Positions 1 to 9,745 of a stretch of DNA of 57,332 nucleotides are shown piece by piece. The DNA comes from Myxococcales bacterium. Its GTDB lineage: Bacteria > Myxococcota_A > Polyangia > Polyangiales > Polyangiaceae. The stretch is from assembly GCA_043747615.1 (NCBI GenBank), contig JAYTOU010000055.1:1-57332 (forward strand). The letters are read 5' to 3'. Both the position numbers and the translations under genes were made by a program. The notes under the pieces are model-generated. The model saw only the letters and a list, made by a program, of their open reading frames with translations, ran no database searches and had not been told where the DNA came from. Position 1 is the stretch's first letter. Each line of letters starts with the position of its first letter.

Positions 1-653
1 CGGCAGCGCACAGGGAGCTCGCGCAGATGAGTCTCAGTGAGGCCCGCGCATCCACGGACGATGAGGCGCGCTTCACTCTGCTCGTGCGGGGAGCAACGAT
101 GCTCCTCGAGCACGAGCTCGACGTCCAGACCGCGTTTGCCGCCTTGGAAGAGGCCCACCAGCTCCATCCGAATGACATCGAGTGCTGCGTGCGTCTCGCC
201 GATGCTCACCTCGCGCTCGACCAACGCGGGCCGGCGACCGAGATCATCCAGACCTCGCTCGCGTCGCACAAGGGTCGGCGATCGCGCGATCTCGCTCTGC
301 TCCATCTTCGCCTGGCGCGCATCAGTCGCCTCAACGGCGATCATGCGACGGAGATGACGTCCCTCTCGAGCGCGCTCGACATGGATGGACAAAACGGGGT
401 CGTCGCCTCCGAGCTCGCAAATTGTGCTCTCGAACAAGGCAATCTCGACGTCGCGACCAAGGCTCTTCGCGCGGTGACGATGCTCAAGACCGCCGCTCCC
501 CTCCCACGCGCCATCGCCTACCAGCGCCTCGGCGAGATCGCCCATCACCAAGGCGACGTAAAGAAAGCGATGCTGCTTCTCAAGCGCGCCGTAGACGACG
601 ACCCGACGCTGGAGAGCGCACGCACGCTTCTAACCGCCCTCCAGACGCAGTGA
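1..653 (+). CDS. TPR-repeat protein, C-terminal part (5' end lies outside the window)
   Basis: The frame is open upstream of ATG 27 to the window edge. Repeated TPR-like helices (AYQRLGEIAHHQGDVKKAMLLLKRAVDDDP). Confidence 0.75.
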   Translation, partial: AAHRELAQMSLSEARASTDDEARFTLLVRGATMLLEHELDVQTAFAALEEAHQLHPNDIECCVRLADAHLALDQRGPATEIIQTSLASHKGRRSRDLALLHLRLARISRLNGDHATEMTSLSSALDMDGQNGVVASELANCALEQGNLDVATKALRAVTMLKTAAPLPRAIAYQRLGEIAHHQGDVKKAMLLLKRAVDDDPTLESARTLLTALQTQ

Positions 654-671
654 TCGTGGTACGCAGAGAAA

Positions 672-1580
672 ATGTACTTTCAGGATCTCATCCTGGCCCT
701 TCAGTCGTTTTGGACGAAGCGCGGCTGCCTTCTGGTCCAGCCTTACAACACCGAGGTGGGCGCGGGGACGTACAACCCAGCGACGTTCCTGCGCGCGATC
801 GGGCCCGAGCCCTGGAACGTGGCGTTCGTCGAGCCCTCGCGCAGGCCGAGTGATGGGCGCTACGGAGACAACCCCAACCGCCTCCAACAATTTCATCAGT
901 TCCAGGTCATCCTCAAACCGTCACCGCTCGACATCCAAGATCTTTACGTCGAGTCACTCCGCGCGATCGGCACCAAGCCCGAGGAGCATGACGTGCGTTT
1001 CATCGAGGACGACTGGGAGTCTCCCACGCTCGGCGCATGGGGCCTCGGCTGGCAGGTATGGCTCGATGGCCTTGAAATCAGCCAGTTCACGTACTTCCAG
1101 CAGGTAGGTGGCCTCGACTGCCGACCGGTCGCGGGAGAGCTGACGTACGGACTCGAGCGCATCTCCATGTATCTCCAGGATAAGGACACCATCTACGACG
1201 TGGAGTGGGCGCCCGGCATTACGTACGGAGAGGTCGCCAAGCGGGCCGAGTGGGAATGGAGCACCTACAACTTCGAGCAAGCAGACACGAAGATGCACTT
1301 TGCACACTTCGACACCTACGAGGCGGAAGCCAAGCGACTCCTCGCCGTCTCCGACGATCCGATGAAGAAACTGGTTCTGCCGGCGTACGATTTCGTCGCC
1401 AAGGCGGCGCACCAGTTCAACGTGCTCGATGCACGGGGGGCCATCGGCGTTACGGAGCGAGCACGGTTCATCGGGCGCGTCCGTGGCTTGGCAAAAGGGG
1501 TCGCCGAGGCTTATTTTGCGCAGCGAGAAGCGATGGGCTTTCCGCTCCTTCGTCAGCCCGCGCAAGGAAATGTAGAATGA
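672..1580 (+). CDS. glyQ: Glycine--tRNA ligase alpha subunit
   Basis: Hallmark motifs [65 protein letters not shown]. Confidence 0.98.
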   Translation: MYFQDLILALQSFWTKRGCLLVQPYNTEVGAGTYNPATFLRAIGPEPWNVAFVEPSRRPSDGRYGDNPNRLQQFHQFQVILKPSPLDIQDLYVESLRAIGTKPEEHDVRFIEDDWESPTLGAWGLGWQVWLDGLEISQFTYFQQVGGLDCRPVAGELTYGLERISMYLQDKDTIYDVEWAPGITYGEVAKRAEWEWSTYNFEQADTKMHFAHFDTYEAEAKRLLAVSDDPMKKLVLPAYDFVAKAAHQFNVLDARGAIGVTERARFIGRVRGLAKGVAEAYFAQREAMGFPLLRQPAQGNVE

Positions 1581-1933
1581 AACGCGCGCTCCGATTCGTT
1601 GTCTACTTGGCGGCCTTCGCGGCGTGCGGCGGAGACAAACATCTGTCGCGCTATCCGTCGCGCGAAGCGGGATGCGCTGTCGAAATCTTCCACGAGGCAC
1701 CCGCGATGCGGACGCACAACATCGGTCCGGTGAGCGCAAGCTGTGACGATCGCCTCTCGGAGGCAGAGTGTCTCCGCGCGTTCAAAGACGAAGTCTGCAA
1801 GCTCGGCGGAGACATCGCGTGGGGCGTGGAGAGCCCCGTAAAAGACGGCGGGCGCATCAAGTTCGACGGTCGCGCCGCGCACACCAAGTCTCCTAAAGCT
1901 GCGGACGGCGGCACTCCCCCCGCGTCACTCTAG
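1577..1933 (+). CDS. Small hypothetical lipoprotein
   Basis: ATG overlaps the glyQ stop (ATGA 1577-1580). Signal peptide with lipobox [17 protein letters not shown]; four further Cys. Confidence 0.7.
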   Translation: MKRALRFVVYLAAFAACGGDKHLSRYPSREAGCAVEIFHEAPAMRTHNIGPVSASCDDRLSEAECLRAFKDEVCKLGGDIAWGVESPVKDGGRIKFDGRAAHTKSPKAADGGTPPASL

Positions 1934-2215
1934 GCATTTTTCGAACGCGTCCGCGGTGCTCGCGGCCATCGCGCAATCGAACTCGGCGCGGGTGATCTTG
2001 GTCACGCAGCTCTGAAAATTTTCGTCGCCCTTCGCCTCTTCGCGAAAGGTGACCTGCTCCGACTTGATCGTGCTCGCGGACGCGTCGTGATTGCGTTCGG
2101 TGACGACGAGCGTCGCGTACCGATCGATCAGCTTTTCACAATCGGGCTGAGCGACCTTCGGCTTACAGGACGCGAGAAGGAGCAGCGCCGCCAGCAGTGT
2201 GATCAGTTCATGCAC
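1925..2215 (-). CDS. Small 4-Cys lipoprotein (paralog of 2203-2523)
   Basis: Probable GTG start at 2215; lipobox LLLLASC; DC..LIDR...C...C...C pattern shared with its neighbour. Confidence 0.7.
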   Translation of the reverse strand: MHELITLLAALLLLASCKPKVAQPDCEKLIDRYATLVVTERNHDASASTIKSEQVTFREEAKGDENFQSCVTKITRAEFDCAMAASTADAFEKCLE

Positions 2216-2523
2216 TTGTTGATGTCGTCCGTGCTCTGCGCTGCTCGTACGCACGCAATGATCGAATCGCTGATGCGGCGTCCCACGCAGTCTTTGAGCT
2301 CTTCTTTCATGTCGGTTCGAATCTGCGCCTGTTTCTTCGCGATGGCCGTGGGATCGGTGATGTTGATCGCCTTCATCGCGACCTCGGTGTTGCGGTCGAT
2401 GATGAGATCGCAATCGGCCTCGGTGGCTTTCCGGCCGCACGCCACCTGAGACAAACCTAGAAATCCGATCAGCACGAAAACGGGAACTGGAGGGCGTCGG
2501 GAAGGCATGTATTCCCACTCCAT
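2203..2523 (-). CDS. Small 4-Cys lipoprotein
   Basis: Hydrophobic signal ending SQVAC; pattern DCDLIIDR...DCV...ACV...KC. The start may be the second Met (MPSRR). Confidence 0.7.
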   Translation of the reverse strand: MEWEYMPSRRPPVPVFVLIGFLGLSQVACGRKATEADCDLIIDRNTEVAMKAINITDPTAIAKKQAQIRTDMKEELKDCVGRRISDSIIACVRAAQSTDDINKCMN

Positions 2524-2562
2524 AGCCTTGATTTGGTGGCTTTTGGCCGAAAGAAAGCTTGA

Positions 2563-3318
2563 ATGCTACACTCAATCATCGTGTCGTCGGCCCGCTTGGC
2601 CACCGTATCTCCCGAAGATTTCCTGCGCAAAGCCATGTCTGCGGGAAGCTCTGCCTCACGGGCACGCTTTGCGCGGCGGGGTCTAGCCACCCGCGCCCCC
2701 CTTGACCGGACGACGCATGCCATGCTCCTTCGGCAGCTCTACCTCTCGTATTTCGAGGCGCGGCGCTTTCGTCAGGCCCACGAGATTGCGCTCCAGGCGA
2801 TCGAGCTCAACGTCCTCCCAGACGTGCTTCATCAGGACGCCGCCCGTGCCGCCCTGGCCCGCGGAGACCTCGATGTAGCGATCGCACACCTGCGTACGGC
2901 CGCGCGCCGCGGGCCTGCGTCGCGGCGACCGTTTCACCTTTGGACGCTTGGAGGCACGCTTTTTCTTGCACAAAAATACGCGGAAGCGGTTGGCGCATTG
3001 GCGCGGGCGTCGCGTTGGGGCACGCGCGACAAGCCTCTCTACCGCGCGCACCTTGCGCTTGCGCGGATGGCGGGTGGTGAAAAGATCGCGGATCTGCAGG
3101 AGACGATCACGGCCCTTGCTGAAGCGCCTTGCGGCCAAGGCTACGGTCGTTTCATCCTCGGGCACCTGGCGTATGCGTCAGGGGAGTGGACCGCAGCCCG
3201 GCGCTACCTCGAGTCGTTCGTCAAGCGCACCCAGAGCTCGCGCACCGCGATGGAAATTGCCCTCGAAGGTGAGCTGCGTATGTCGCGCGCGACGCTCGCC
3301 AAAATGCGAAGCAACTAA
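2563..3318 (+). CDS. TPR-like helical hypothetical protein
   Basis: Ala/Leu-rich helical repeats (LGHLAYASGEWTAARRYLESFV). Start uncertain. Confidence 0.65.
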   Translation: MLHSIIVSSARLATVSPEDFLRKAMSAGSSASRARFARRGLATRAPLDRTTHAMLLRQLYLSYFEARRFRQAHEIALQAIELNVLPDVLHQDAARAALARGDLDVAIAHLRTAARRGPASRRPFHLWTLGGTLFLAQKYAEAVGALARASRWGTRDKPLYRAHLALARMAGGEKIADLQETITALAEAPCGQGYGRFILGHLAYASGEWTAARRYLESFVKRTQSSRTAMEIALEGELRMSRATLAKMRSN

Positions 3319-3395
3319 AGCCTGACTGGTTCCCTGAGGATCCGGACGCGCTTTCATTAACCCACATGGGGGCGAGCACCGCCCGCTCACGGGGC

Positions 3396-3427
3396 TAACA
3401 ATTCTACGGCGTTGTGTAACAATTCTA
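3396..3427 (+). promoter_or_regulatory. Direct repeat TAACAATTCTA x2 (21-bp period) upstream of dsbD; candidate regulator site
   Basis: Exact 11-mer at 3396-3406 and 3417-3427 in AT-rich intergenic DNA, plus an inverted half site TTGTTA at 3475-3480. Confidence 0.5.
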
Positions 3428-3522
3428 TCCGTTTGGATGATGCCACTAGCGAAACTCCGGTCCTGGTTCGCACGTTGTTATGATCATGTGGAGATCAACT
3501 ATCTCCCCTAAGGAGCACGCCC

Positions 3523-4854
3523 TTGCGTAGGCACCGTTTTTCCGCCGCCTCGATCCTCTTTTTCCTCATCGCGCTCATGCTCGTGCCGGCGATCGCCAGT
3601 GCGGACGGGGGCGGCTCGGACACGGACGTGTTCTCGCGCGCCATGGCCCGAGGGCCGCTCTTCGCGATCGGTGCCGCGTTCGTCGGTGGGCTCTTCGTCA
3701 GCCTCACCCCGTGCGTGTATCCGATGATCGCGATCACGGTGAGCGTGTTCGGCGCCAATCAGGCCAAGTCGCGGCTCCATGCGGCGGGACTCTCCGGTGT
3801 CTTCGTCCTCGGCATCGCCACCCTCTTCACGATCCTCGGAGTGGTCACCGCGGCAACGGGCGGTCTGTTCGGCGCACTCCTCGCCAACAAATTCGTCGTC
3901 GGCTTCATCGCCATCGTCTTTCTCGCCCTCGCGGCGTCCATGTTCGGCGCGTTCGAGCTCGCACTCCCGTCGAGCCTCAACAATCGACTCGCAACCGTCG
4001 GCGGCATCGGCTTTGGCGGCGCCTTCACCCTCGGCTTGGTGAGCGCCCTCGTGGCTGCTCCGTGCACGGGCCCGGCCCTCACGGGAATTCTCATCTGGAT
4101 CGCCACGACCCACAACCTCGTGCTCGGCTCCGGCGTGATGTTCACCTTCGCACTCGGCTTGGGCGTCCCGTTCTTCTTGGTAGGCACCTTCGCGATCAGC
4201 CTTCCCAAGGGCGGCGCGTGGATGCTCGGCGTGAAATGGATCTTCGGCGTCGTCTTGGCTGTCGTCGCTCTCTACTTCTTGCGCAACGCCGTCACGCCCC
4301 TCCAGCATGTCGCCTCGCGCGGCAACACCTTCCTCATCGTCAGCTCCGCGCTCATGCTCGTCGGCTTTGCTCTCGGTGCGGTTCACGTCGTCGCCGAGCG
4401 CAGGAAGTCCCCCATCGCGCATCTCTCCAAGCCGATGAAGCTGGCCTCGATCCCCTTTGCGATCGGCGGCTCGTTCATGGTGCTCTCGGCCATGCTTCTT
4501 CCGGCAGCCGAGCTCGAGTGGCTCACCGTGGAAGCGACGGCGCGCGCGAAGGCGACCACCGAGCACCGCCCGGTCATCATCGATTTCGGAGCATCGTGGT
4601 GCACCGCCTGCACCGAGCTGGCGACACACACTTTTGCCGATCACGGCGTCCGTGAAGAGGCTGGCCGTTTCGTTGCCCTCAAGGTCGACGCGACCGACGA
4701 CGAAGACACTCAGGTCAGCAAGATGAAAGAAAAGTACAAGGTCGTCGGCCTTCCGACGGTCGTTGTCCTCGACAGCACCGGCCAAGAGAAGGTGCGCTTC
4801 AACGAGTTCGTGCCCCCCGAGAAGTTTCTCGCAGCCATCAAAGCCGTCGACTGA
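3523..4854 (+). CDS. dsbD: Thiol:disulfide interchange protein DsbD/CcdA-thioredoxin fusion
   Basis: TM domain motifs SLTPCVYPM and APCTGP; C-terminal thioredoxin DFGASWCTAC...VGLPT; RBS AAGGAG before the TTG start. Confidence 0.88.
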   Translation: MRRHRFSAASILFFLIALMLVPAIASADGGGSDTDVFSRAMARGPLFAIGAAFVGGLFVSLTPCVYPMIAITVSVFGANQAKSRLHAAGLSGVFVLGIATLFTILGVVTAATGGLFGALLANKFVVGFIAIVFLALAASMFGAFELALPSSLNNRLATVGGIGFGGAFTLGLVSALVAAPCTGPALTGILIWIATTHNLVLGSGVMFTFALGLGVPFFLVGTFAISLPKGGAWMLGVKWIFGVVLAVVALYFLRNAVTPLQHVASRGNTFLIVSSALMLVGFALGAVHVVAERRKSPIAHLSKPMKLASIPFAIGGSFMVLSAMLLPAAELEWLTVEATARAKATTEHRPVIIDFGASWCTACTELATHTFADHGVREEAGRFVALKVDATDDEDTQVSKMKEKYKVVGLPTVVVLDSTGQEKVRFNEFVPPEKFLAAIKAVD

Positions 4855-4857
4855 GCT

Positions 4858-5754
4858 CTACGGATTGAATTCGTCGGGCGCTGCGGCGGGCTTCGGCTTT
4901 GCCGTGGGCTTCGGCTTCGACTCCGCGGGCTTGGGCTCTGAAGGCGGCTTGACGGCAGGCCTCGGCTGATCGGGTTTCGGCGTGGGAATCACGGGTGAGG
5001 GCGCGACGCCAGATGCGGGCTTCGGCTTCGGTGTCTTCGCAATGGGGGGCGGGGGCTTGTCGTTCGAGTCGCCAGGATCCGTTGCCACGGCGCGCTGCAG
5101 GTCGGCCACGAAATCCTCTGCTTCGCGTGCGCCGTTGCGTGAGTCGCGGGACACCGAGCCGAGCACTTCGTACGACGCCGCAAGCTCGTCTTGAACGTCC
5201 ATCGCCGCGCGCCCGCCGTGCTTGGCGAACTCCTCGCGAACGTGCGGCTCGAGCGCGCGGCCGCTCTTGGTGAGCTCGTCGACCTTGGGCGGAAGCGAGC
5301 GCAGCGCTTTTGCGCGGAGCAGCTCGGCGCGCGCGGTGGCTTCGACGGCTTTGAAGAGCTCGCGTGTGGGGTCGTCTACGCGCGAAGCGCCGACCGCAGT
5401 GAGATGAGCCTCGTCACCGGCGATCTCGAGCTTGGTGGGACCAACGTCCCGCGCGACGCCGGTGATGCGTTCGTGCGCCGCTTGAACGATCGAAACGTCG
5501 GCTGCTTCGGGCGTGAGCTTCAGCGTATCGACGAGGGGGCGACGCGACGCCTTGCGGTCGTCGACCCAGCCGGCTGAAGATACCTGGAGATCGTGAACCT
5601 CTTTGAAGTACGCGTCGTAGCGCACTTCGCCGCTCTCGAAGAGCTCACCGTTGCGCACCCTCGATTGACCGCCGAGCAGGTTGCAAGCGCTGCTGCCGAT
5701 CGCGAAGGCGAGGACCATCATCCACTTTTTTTGGTCCGTCATTCGGCCCGTCAT
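4858..5754 (-). CDS. Hypothetical lipoprotein with Pro/Lys-rich C-terminal tail
   Basis: Signal KKWMMVLAFAIGSSAC, helical core, PKPKP-rich tail ending DEFNP. Start is 5754 or 5742. Confidence 0.7.
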   Translation of the reverse strand: MTGRMTDQKKWMMVLAFAIGSSACNLLGGQSRVRNGELFESGEVRYDAYFKEVHDLQVSSAGWVDDRKASRRPLVDTLKLTPEAADVSIVQAAHERITGVARDVGPTKLEIAGDEAHLTAVGASRVDDPTRELFKAVEATARAELLRAKALRSLPPKVDELTKSGRALEPHVREEFAKHGGRAAMDVQDELAASYEVLGSVSRDSRNGAREAEDFVADLQRAVATDPGDSNDKPPPPIAKTPKPKPASGVAPSPVIPTPKPDQPRPAVKPPSEPKPAESKPKPTAKPKPAAAPDEFNP

Positions 5755-5782
5755 CCTCGTTCGGCCTAGCATGCGTTCCGTT

Positions 5783-8362
5783 CTAGTGCGGACACGTGAT
5801 GGGTGTCGCGACCACTTCGTAATTCTTACCACTCGACGAGAGGTAGGCGACGACGCCTTTGCCGCCGACCGCGAGCGCGGCTTGTCCTTGGCCAGCGTTC
5901 GCTCCGTCGGGGGAGATGGTGAGCGCCGCTCCTTGGAATGTACCGGTGGCGTCGAGGGTCTGCGCACGCACTTGATGAGCGGCAGCCGGACCTTCGGTCC
6001 ACACCAAGAGAAATCGGCCGCCGCCGAGAGCGGCGACGCTCGGTGACATGATCGGTGCGCCGAGACCACCAGGCGGGGGATTGAAGACACGCGGGCTCTC
6101 TGGAGCAGGCTCGCCATTCTTCCAGCGCAACCAGCGAAGACCCCAAGGCTCGGAGACGTCCGCGCGATCCGCCCAGGCGACGAGGATCCATTCTCCGCTC
6201 GCGGCGACGGCCGGGGAACCGACCTGAGGACCGAGCCCCGCTACGCTCGAAAGCGGTCCGCGCGGCGTGAGCGTCTTGCCTTCGCCGAGAGCGGCTCCCA
6301 ACCAGATCGCCGAAGCATGCCGGAAGGCGATCGCGATGCCCTTGTCTGGTCCATCGAGCGGAGATCCGCGCAATGCCTCGGCCGGTCCATCGCCCGTCAG
6401 CGCCCACAGGGTCGTGGGCTTCTCGGCTCCGTGCGCGGCCCAAACCAGGTTGCCCTCCGAAACCCCTAAATCTATAGGCGGTGCACCAGGAATCGTCCGT
6501 CGACCTTGGAGCTTGTCTGCTTTGTGATCGACGTCTCCCGCGACACCGAGAGGCTTTCCTTCCGCGACGAGCGGGGTCACGCGGCGAAGCGGATCCACGC
6601 TGTGGACGTGCGCATCTTTGCTGACGGTGAGCTTGGTGGGATCGATCTGAACGACTTCTCCGTCCTTCGGGCCGACGGCGAATCCGAGTACCACCGAGCT
6701 TCCCGAGGGGAGCACTTCGATGCCGCTCGGAACGAGCGCGTGACCGGCGAGCGTCTTCGACGGACCGGCGACGCGGCAAGGGGGCGACGTCGTATCGGCG
6801 ACGGCCGTCGGGGGCGTTGTCACGGGATTCAAGGGATTGACGGGGACCGAGCTACTTGGCGCCGTCGCGACGGAATCTTTTTCGTCGGAGCCGCAAGAGC
6901 GAAGCGCGTTGACCGTCATCCCGAGGAAAACGAAGGCGACGAGGAGCGAGAGCCCGCCGACGACGGGAAGGAAAAATCGAGGCTTTCCTTCCGCGAATGC
7001 ATCAATCTTCGCTTTCGCCCCCGGCATTTTTTCTTGAGCGACTTTGCCGAGCTTGCCTCGCGCGAGATCGTAGTTCGTCTTCGAAACGCGACGCACGCGC
7101 TCGTAGAGTGACTCCGTCGGCAACGCGGCTACGTGGGGTACGGTATCGTCTGGTCCCGGGTCCGGCGGCGGATCCAGCTGAAATCCGCCTTGATGGTCGC
7201 CGGGCCGATCGAGCGGGGGTGGCGGTTTCGGCGCAGGCGGAGGAAGTGAACGTGGCCTCAGCGGAGGCGGGATGGAGCGGGGACGCGTGGGCTTCGGCGG
7301 CGCAGCCTCCTCCTCGATGAATGAATCGAGAAGCGTGGAACCACTGAGCTCCTCCGAGCTGTCGTCCTTTGCACGCGGACCATCCATCCGCGGCGTCGGC
7401 GCGCTCTTCGGAATGGCCGGCCCGATCCCGACCGCACCCTCGCCCCACGGCGGCGGCCTGGTCACCGCGTTCTTCCCGGCTTGCGCTCCGGGCGCCGGCA
7501 CCACGATCGGAGGAGCGACGTCGGGTGCTGCCGTCGACGCGGGAGGAGGCGACTCTGCGGAAGGTGCTCCGCCGTAGAGGATCAAGGTCTGACGCTTGAG
7601 TGATTTTGGAGCGCCGGCATCGCGATCGAGAACGCCGGACGGCATGGGAGGCGTGAGCCGCGCCGCCGCCACAGGAACCGGGGGGGCCACGCTCTTGACC
7701 TTCCTCGCGCGCGGATCCTCGATCGACGGGACGCCGACCATCGTCTTAGGCGATTCGCCCCTCGGCGATTCGAGCTTTCGTGGCTCGGAGTGCTTCAAGA
7801 GATTGACGGCGGTATTGGCCTCGTGTGCCGCAGCGGGCCTCGGCTTCCCCTCGACGAGCGTCGCGGAGGATGCGGCGGCGGGAACGGGCGACGGATCGGC
7901 GGCGATCGGGTGCGGCATGGGCGCGAGCCCCATCACGGTCATCTTGGAGACCGACTTGTATGCGGTCTTTGCTGCTTGTGGCCTTTGCTCCGGAGGCGCA
8001 GCCATTGCGTGCGCGGGCGGACTCAGCGTGCTGGCCTGCGCGGGCACGTAGCGCGGCGGCGGAGGAGGCCCGGCACCGACCTGAGACTCGCTGACCGGCT
8101 TTCCCTCGAACTCGGTCTGCGCGGCGACAACGAAAGAGGGCGGGGGCGGAATGTTCGGCACGAGGCCGTTCTGCGCAGCGAGCGCGCTCGACATGAGCTC
8201 GGGCGTCTCGTTCGCCGGCTGCCAGCGGTCCCAGCCGTTCTTCCACACCGGCGCATTCGACGGTATCACCCCGTTCGCAAGCGCGGCCAAGAGCTCGTCC
8301 GTTCGGATGAGCCTTTGCTGCCCATTGGGATCTGCCCAGCGCCACTCGGTCTCGCTGCTCAT
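5783..8362 (-). CDS. GYF_2 (DUF4339)-domain bitopic membrane protein with Pro-rich linker and periplasmic beta-rich domain
   Basis: N-terminal W..ADPNGQQR....EL...L..G.I.....VWK.GW..WQPA; long Pro-rich region; one TM helix (FFLPVVGGLSLLVAFVFLG); C-terminal VAW/VW beta repeats. Confidence 0.75.
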   Translation of the reverse strand: MSSETEWRWADPNGQQRLIRTDELLAALANGVIPSNAPVWKNGWDRWQPANETPELMSSALAAQNGLVPNIPPPPSFVVAAQTEFEGKPVSESQVGAGPPPPPRYVPAQASTLSPPAHAMAAPPEQRPQAAKTAYKSVSKMTVMGLAPMPHPIAADPSPVPAAASSATLVEGKPRPAAAHEANTAVNLLKHSEPRKLESPRGESPKTMVGVPSIEDPRARKVKSVAPPVPVAAARLTPPMPSGVLDRDAGAPKSLKRQTLILYGGAPSAESPPPASTAAPDVAPPIVVPAPGAQAGKNAVTRPPPWGEGAVGIGPAIPKSAPTPRMDGPRAKDDSSEELSGSTLLDSFIEEEAAPPKPTRPRSIPPPLRPRSLPPPAPKPPPPLDRPGDHQGGFQLDPPPDPGPDDTVPHVAALPTESLYERVRRVSKTNYDLARGKLGKVAQEKMPGAKAKIDAFAEGKPRFFLPVVGGLSLLVAFVFLGMTVNALRSCGSDEKDSVATAPSSSVPVNPLNPVTTPPTAVADTTSPPCRVAGPSKTLAGHALVPSGIEVLPSGSSVVLGFAVGPKDGEVVQIDPTKLTVSKDAHVHSVDPLRRVTPLVAEGKPLGVAGDVDHKADKLQGRRTIPGAPPIDLGVSEGNLVWAAHGAEKPTTLWALTGDGPAEALRGSPLDGPDKGIAIAFRHASAIWLGAALGEGKTLTPRGPLSSVAGLGPQVGSPAVAASGEWILVAWADRADVSEPWGLRWLRWKNGEPAPESPRVFNPPPGGLGAPIMSPSVAALGGGRFLLVWTEGPAAAHQVRAQTLDATGTFQGAALTISPDGANAGQGQAALAVGGKGVVAYLSSSGKNYEVVATPITCPH

Positions 8363-8390
8363 TCGGACCTCCGCATGATAGCGCGAGCTT

Positions 8391-8415
8391 CACGGAGAAT
8401 GCGGCATTCTCGGTG
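8391..8415. promoter_or_regulatory. Palindrome GAGAATGC-G-GCATTCTC upstream of the GYF_2 gene
   Basis: Perfect 8-bp arms (8395-8402 / 8404-8411), extendable to CAC..GTG with one mismatch. Confidence 0.35.
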
Positions 8416-8452
8416 CCCTAATCATTGTGCGTGTGGATCGCGCAAAAACCAG

Positions 8453-9085
8453 CTAAGCAGCCGCGATCGCGAGCACAGCCGCATAGACACTCACGGCGCC
8501 CGCAGCCATCACCACGCGCTCGCATTCCCGCAAGGTCGCTCCCGTGGTCCGAACGTCGTCGACGAGGAGCACCCGGCGGCCGTCGATCGCGCGACGATCC
8601 CTGACAGCGAATACACCCTCGACATTCGTGAGGCGCAAGGCCCGAGCTAGAGTGGCTTGCTGCGCCGTGTCGCGCGTTCGGCGAAGGGCGAGAGGCGCAA
8701 ACGACGCTCCGAGATCGCGCGCGAGTGGGCTGGCGAGCAGGGCCGCTTGGTTGTAACCGCGCTCTGCCAAGCGTATCGGATGAAGTGGGACGGCGACCAC
8801 GACGTCGATCCGTGCTGACCTGAGGAGCGGGGCGACCCGCCGAAGAAGCGCCGAGAGTGGGCGCGCAAGATCACTTCGTCCTTCGTACTTGAAGCGGGTG
8901 ATCGATCGCGCGATGGCGCCGCCATAGAGAAACGCTCCTGCGCACCCCTCTTCTTCGGGCGCGATGAGGGTGGTCGCAGCGCATTCGCGGCAATAGACAC
9001 GCGCCGCCCGAACGCGAAGGTCGCATGCCGCACAGCGTTCTTTGGCGAGGAGGCCGCTGGCGAGGGCCAGGAAAATCGAGAGCAT
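8453..9085 (-). CDS. comF: ComF family phosphoribosyltransferase-like protein
   Basis: N-terminal CxxC..CxxC; VPLHP.RLAERGYNQA; VLLVDDVRTTGAT. Confidence 0.9.
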   Translation of the reverse strand: MLSIFLALASGLLAKERCAACDLRVRAARVYCRECAATTLIAPEEEGCAGAFLYGGAIARSITRFKYEGRSDLARPLSALLRRVAPLLRSARIDVVVAVPLHPIRLAERGYNQAALLASPLARDLGASFAPLALRRTRDTAQQATLARALRLTNVEGVFAVRDRRAIDGRRVLLVDDVRTTGATLRECERVVMAAGAVSVYAAVLAIAAA

Positions 9086-9136
9086 CTCCGCTCGTCGACC
9101 TCGATCGACCGGGGGTTGCGTGTACTTTACACAGAA

Positions 9137-9745
9137 CTACACGGCGCTCTCGGTGCGACTCGGAAAGCTCATCTCTTCGGCGGTGATCGCAAAAATCACG
9201 TGGTCTTCCCAGCGGCCGGCGATCTGCAAATAGCGCTCGGCGAAGCCTTCTTTGCGGAATCCGTTCTTCTCGAGGACACGAATGCTCTGCACGTTGTGCG
9301 GCATCACCCCGGCCTGGACGCGATGCAGGGCCAGGGACCCGAACGCGAACTCGAGGGCGGCGTGAACGGCCTCGGTGGCGATCCCCTGCCCCGCGCGCTT
9401 CTCGTCGACCCAGTACCCCAAGTACGCGTTCTGGAACGCACCGCGGTTGATGCGCCCGAGGGTGATGCGACCAATGATTTTTTGGGGGGTCTCCTCGCGC
9501 GACCACGCGAAGAGCGCGTACGAGTCTCCGCGCCGCCATCGCGAGCGCCAGCCCGCTACCTCACGAGCGACACTGGTCAGCGTGACCCGACGATCCGCGG
9601 CGGCGGGGGCGGGCGAAAACGGACGGAGGTGCTCGGCGTTGCTCTTCAGCGCTTGGTAGAGCGCGGGCACGTCCCTCGTCTTGAGGGCGCGGAGCTCGAG
9701 ACGAGGCGTGAGGAGGCGCATCGTAAGGGAGGGCGACGCAGGCAC
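9137..9745 (-). CDS. RimJ/RimL-family GNAT N-acetyltransferase
   Basis: TPRLELR, GAFQNAYLGYW, GQGIATEA, LHRVQA..MPHN..S.RVLEKNGF..EG....YLQIAGRWEDH. Confidence 0.9.
   Translation of the reverse strand: MPASPSLTMRLLTPRLELRALKTRDVPALYQALKSNAEHLRPFSPAPAAADRRVTLTSVAREVAGWRSRWRRGDSYALFAWSREETPQKIIGRITLGRINRGAFQNAYLGYWVDEKRAGQGIATEAVHAALEFAFGSLALHRVQAGVMPHNVQSIRVLEKNGFRKEGFAERYLQIAGRWEDHVIFAITAEEMSFPSRTESAV

Noticed and set aside
3437..3511. 24-aa upstream ORF MMPLAKLRSWFARCYDHVEINYLP ending in the dsbD RBS
   Set aside because: No convincing RBS and atypical codon usage; probably chance within promoter DNA.
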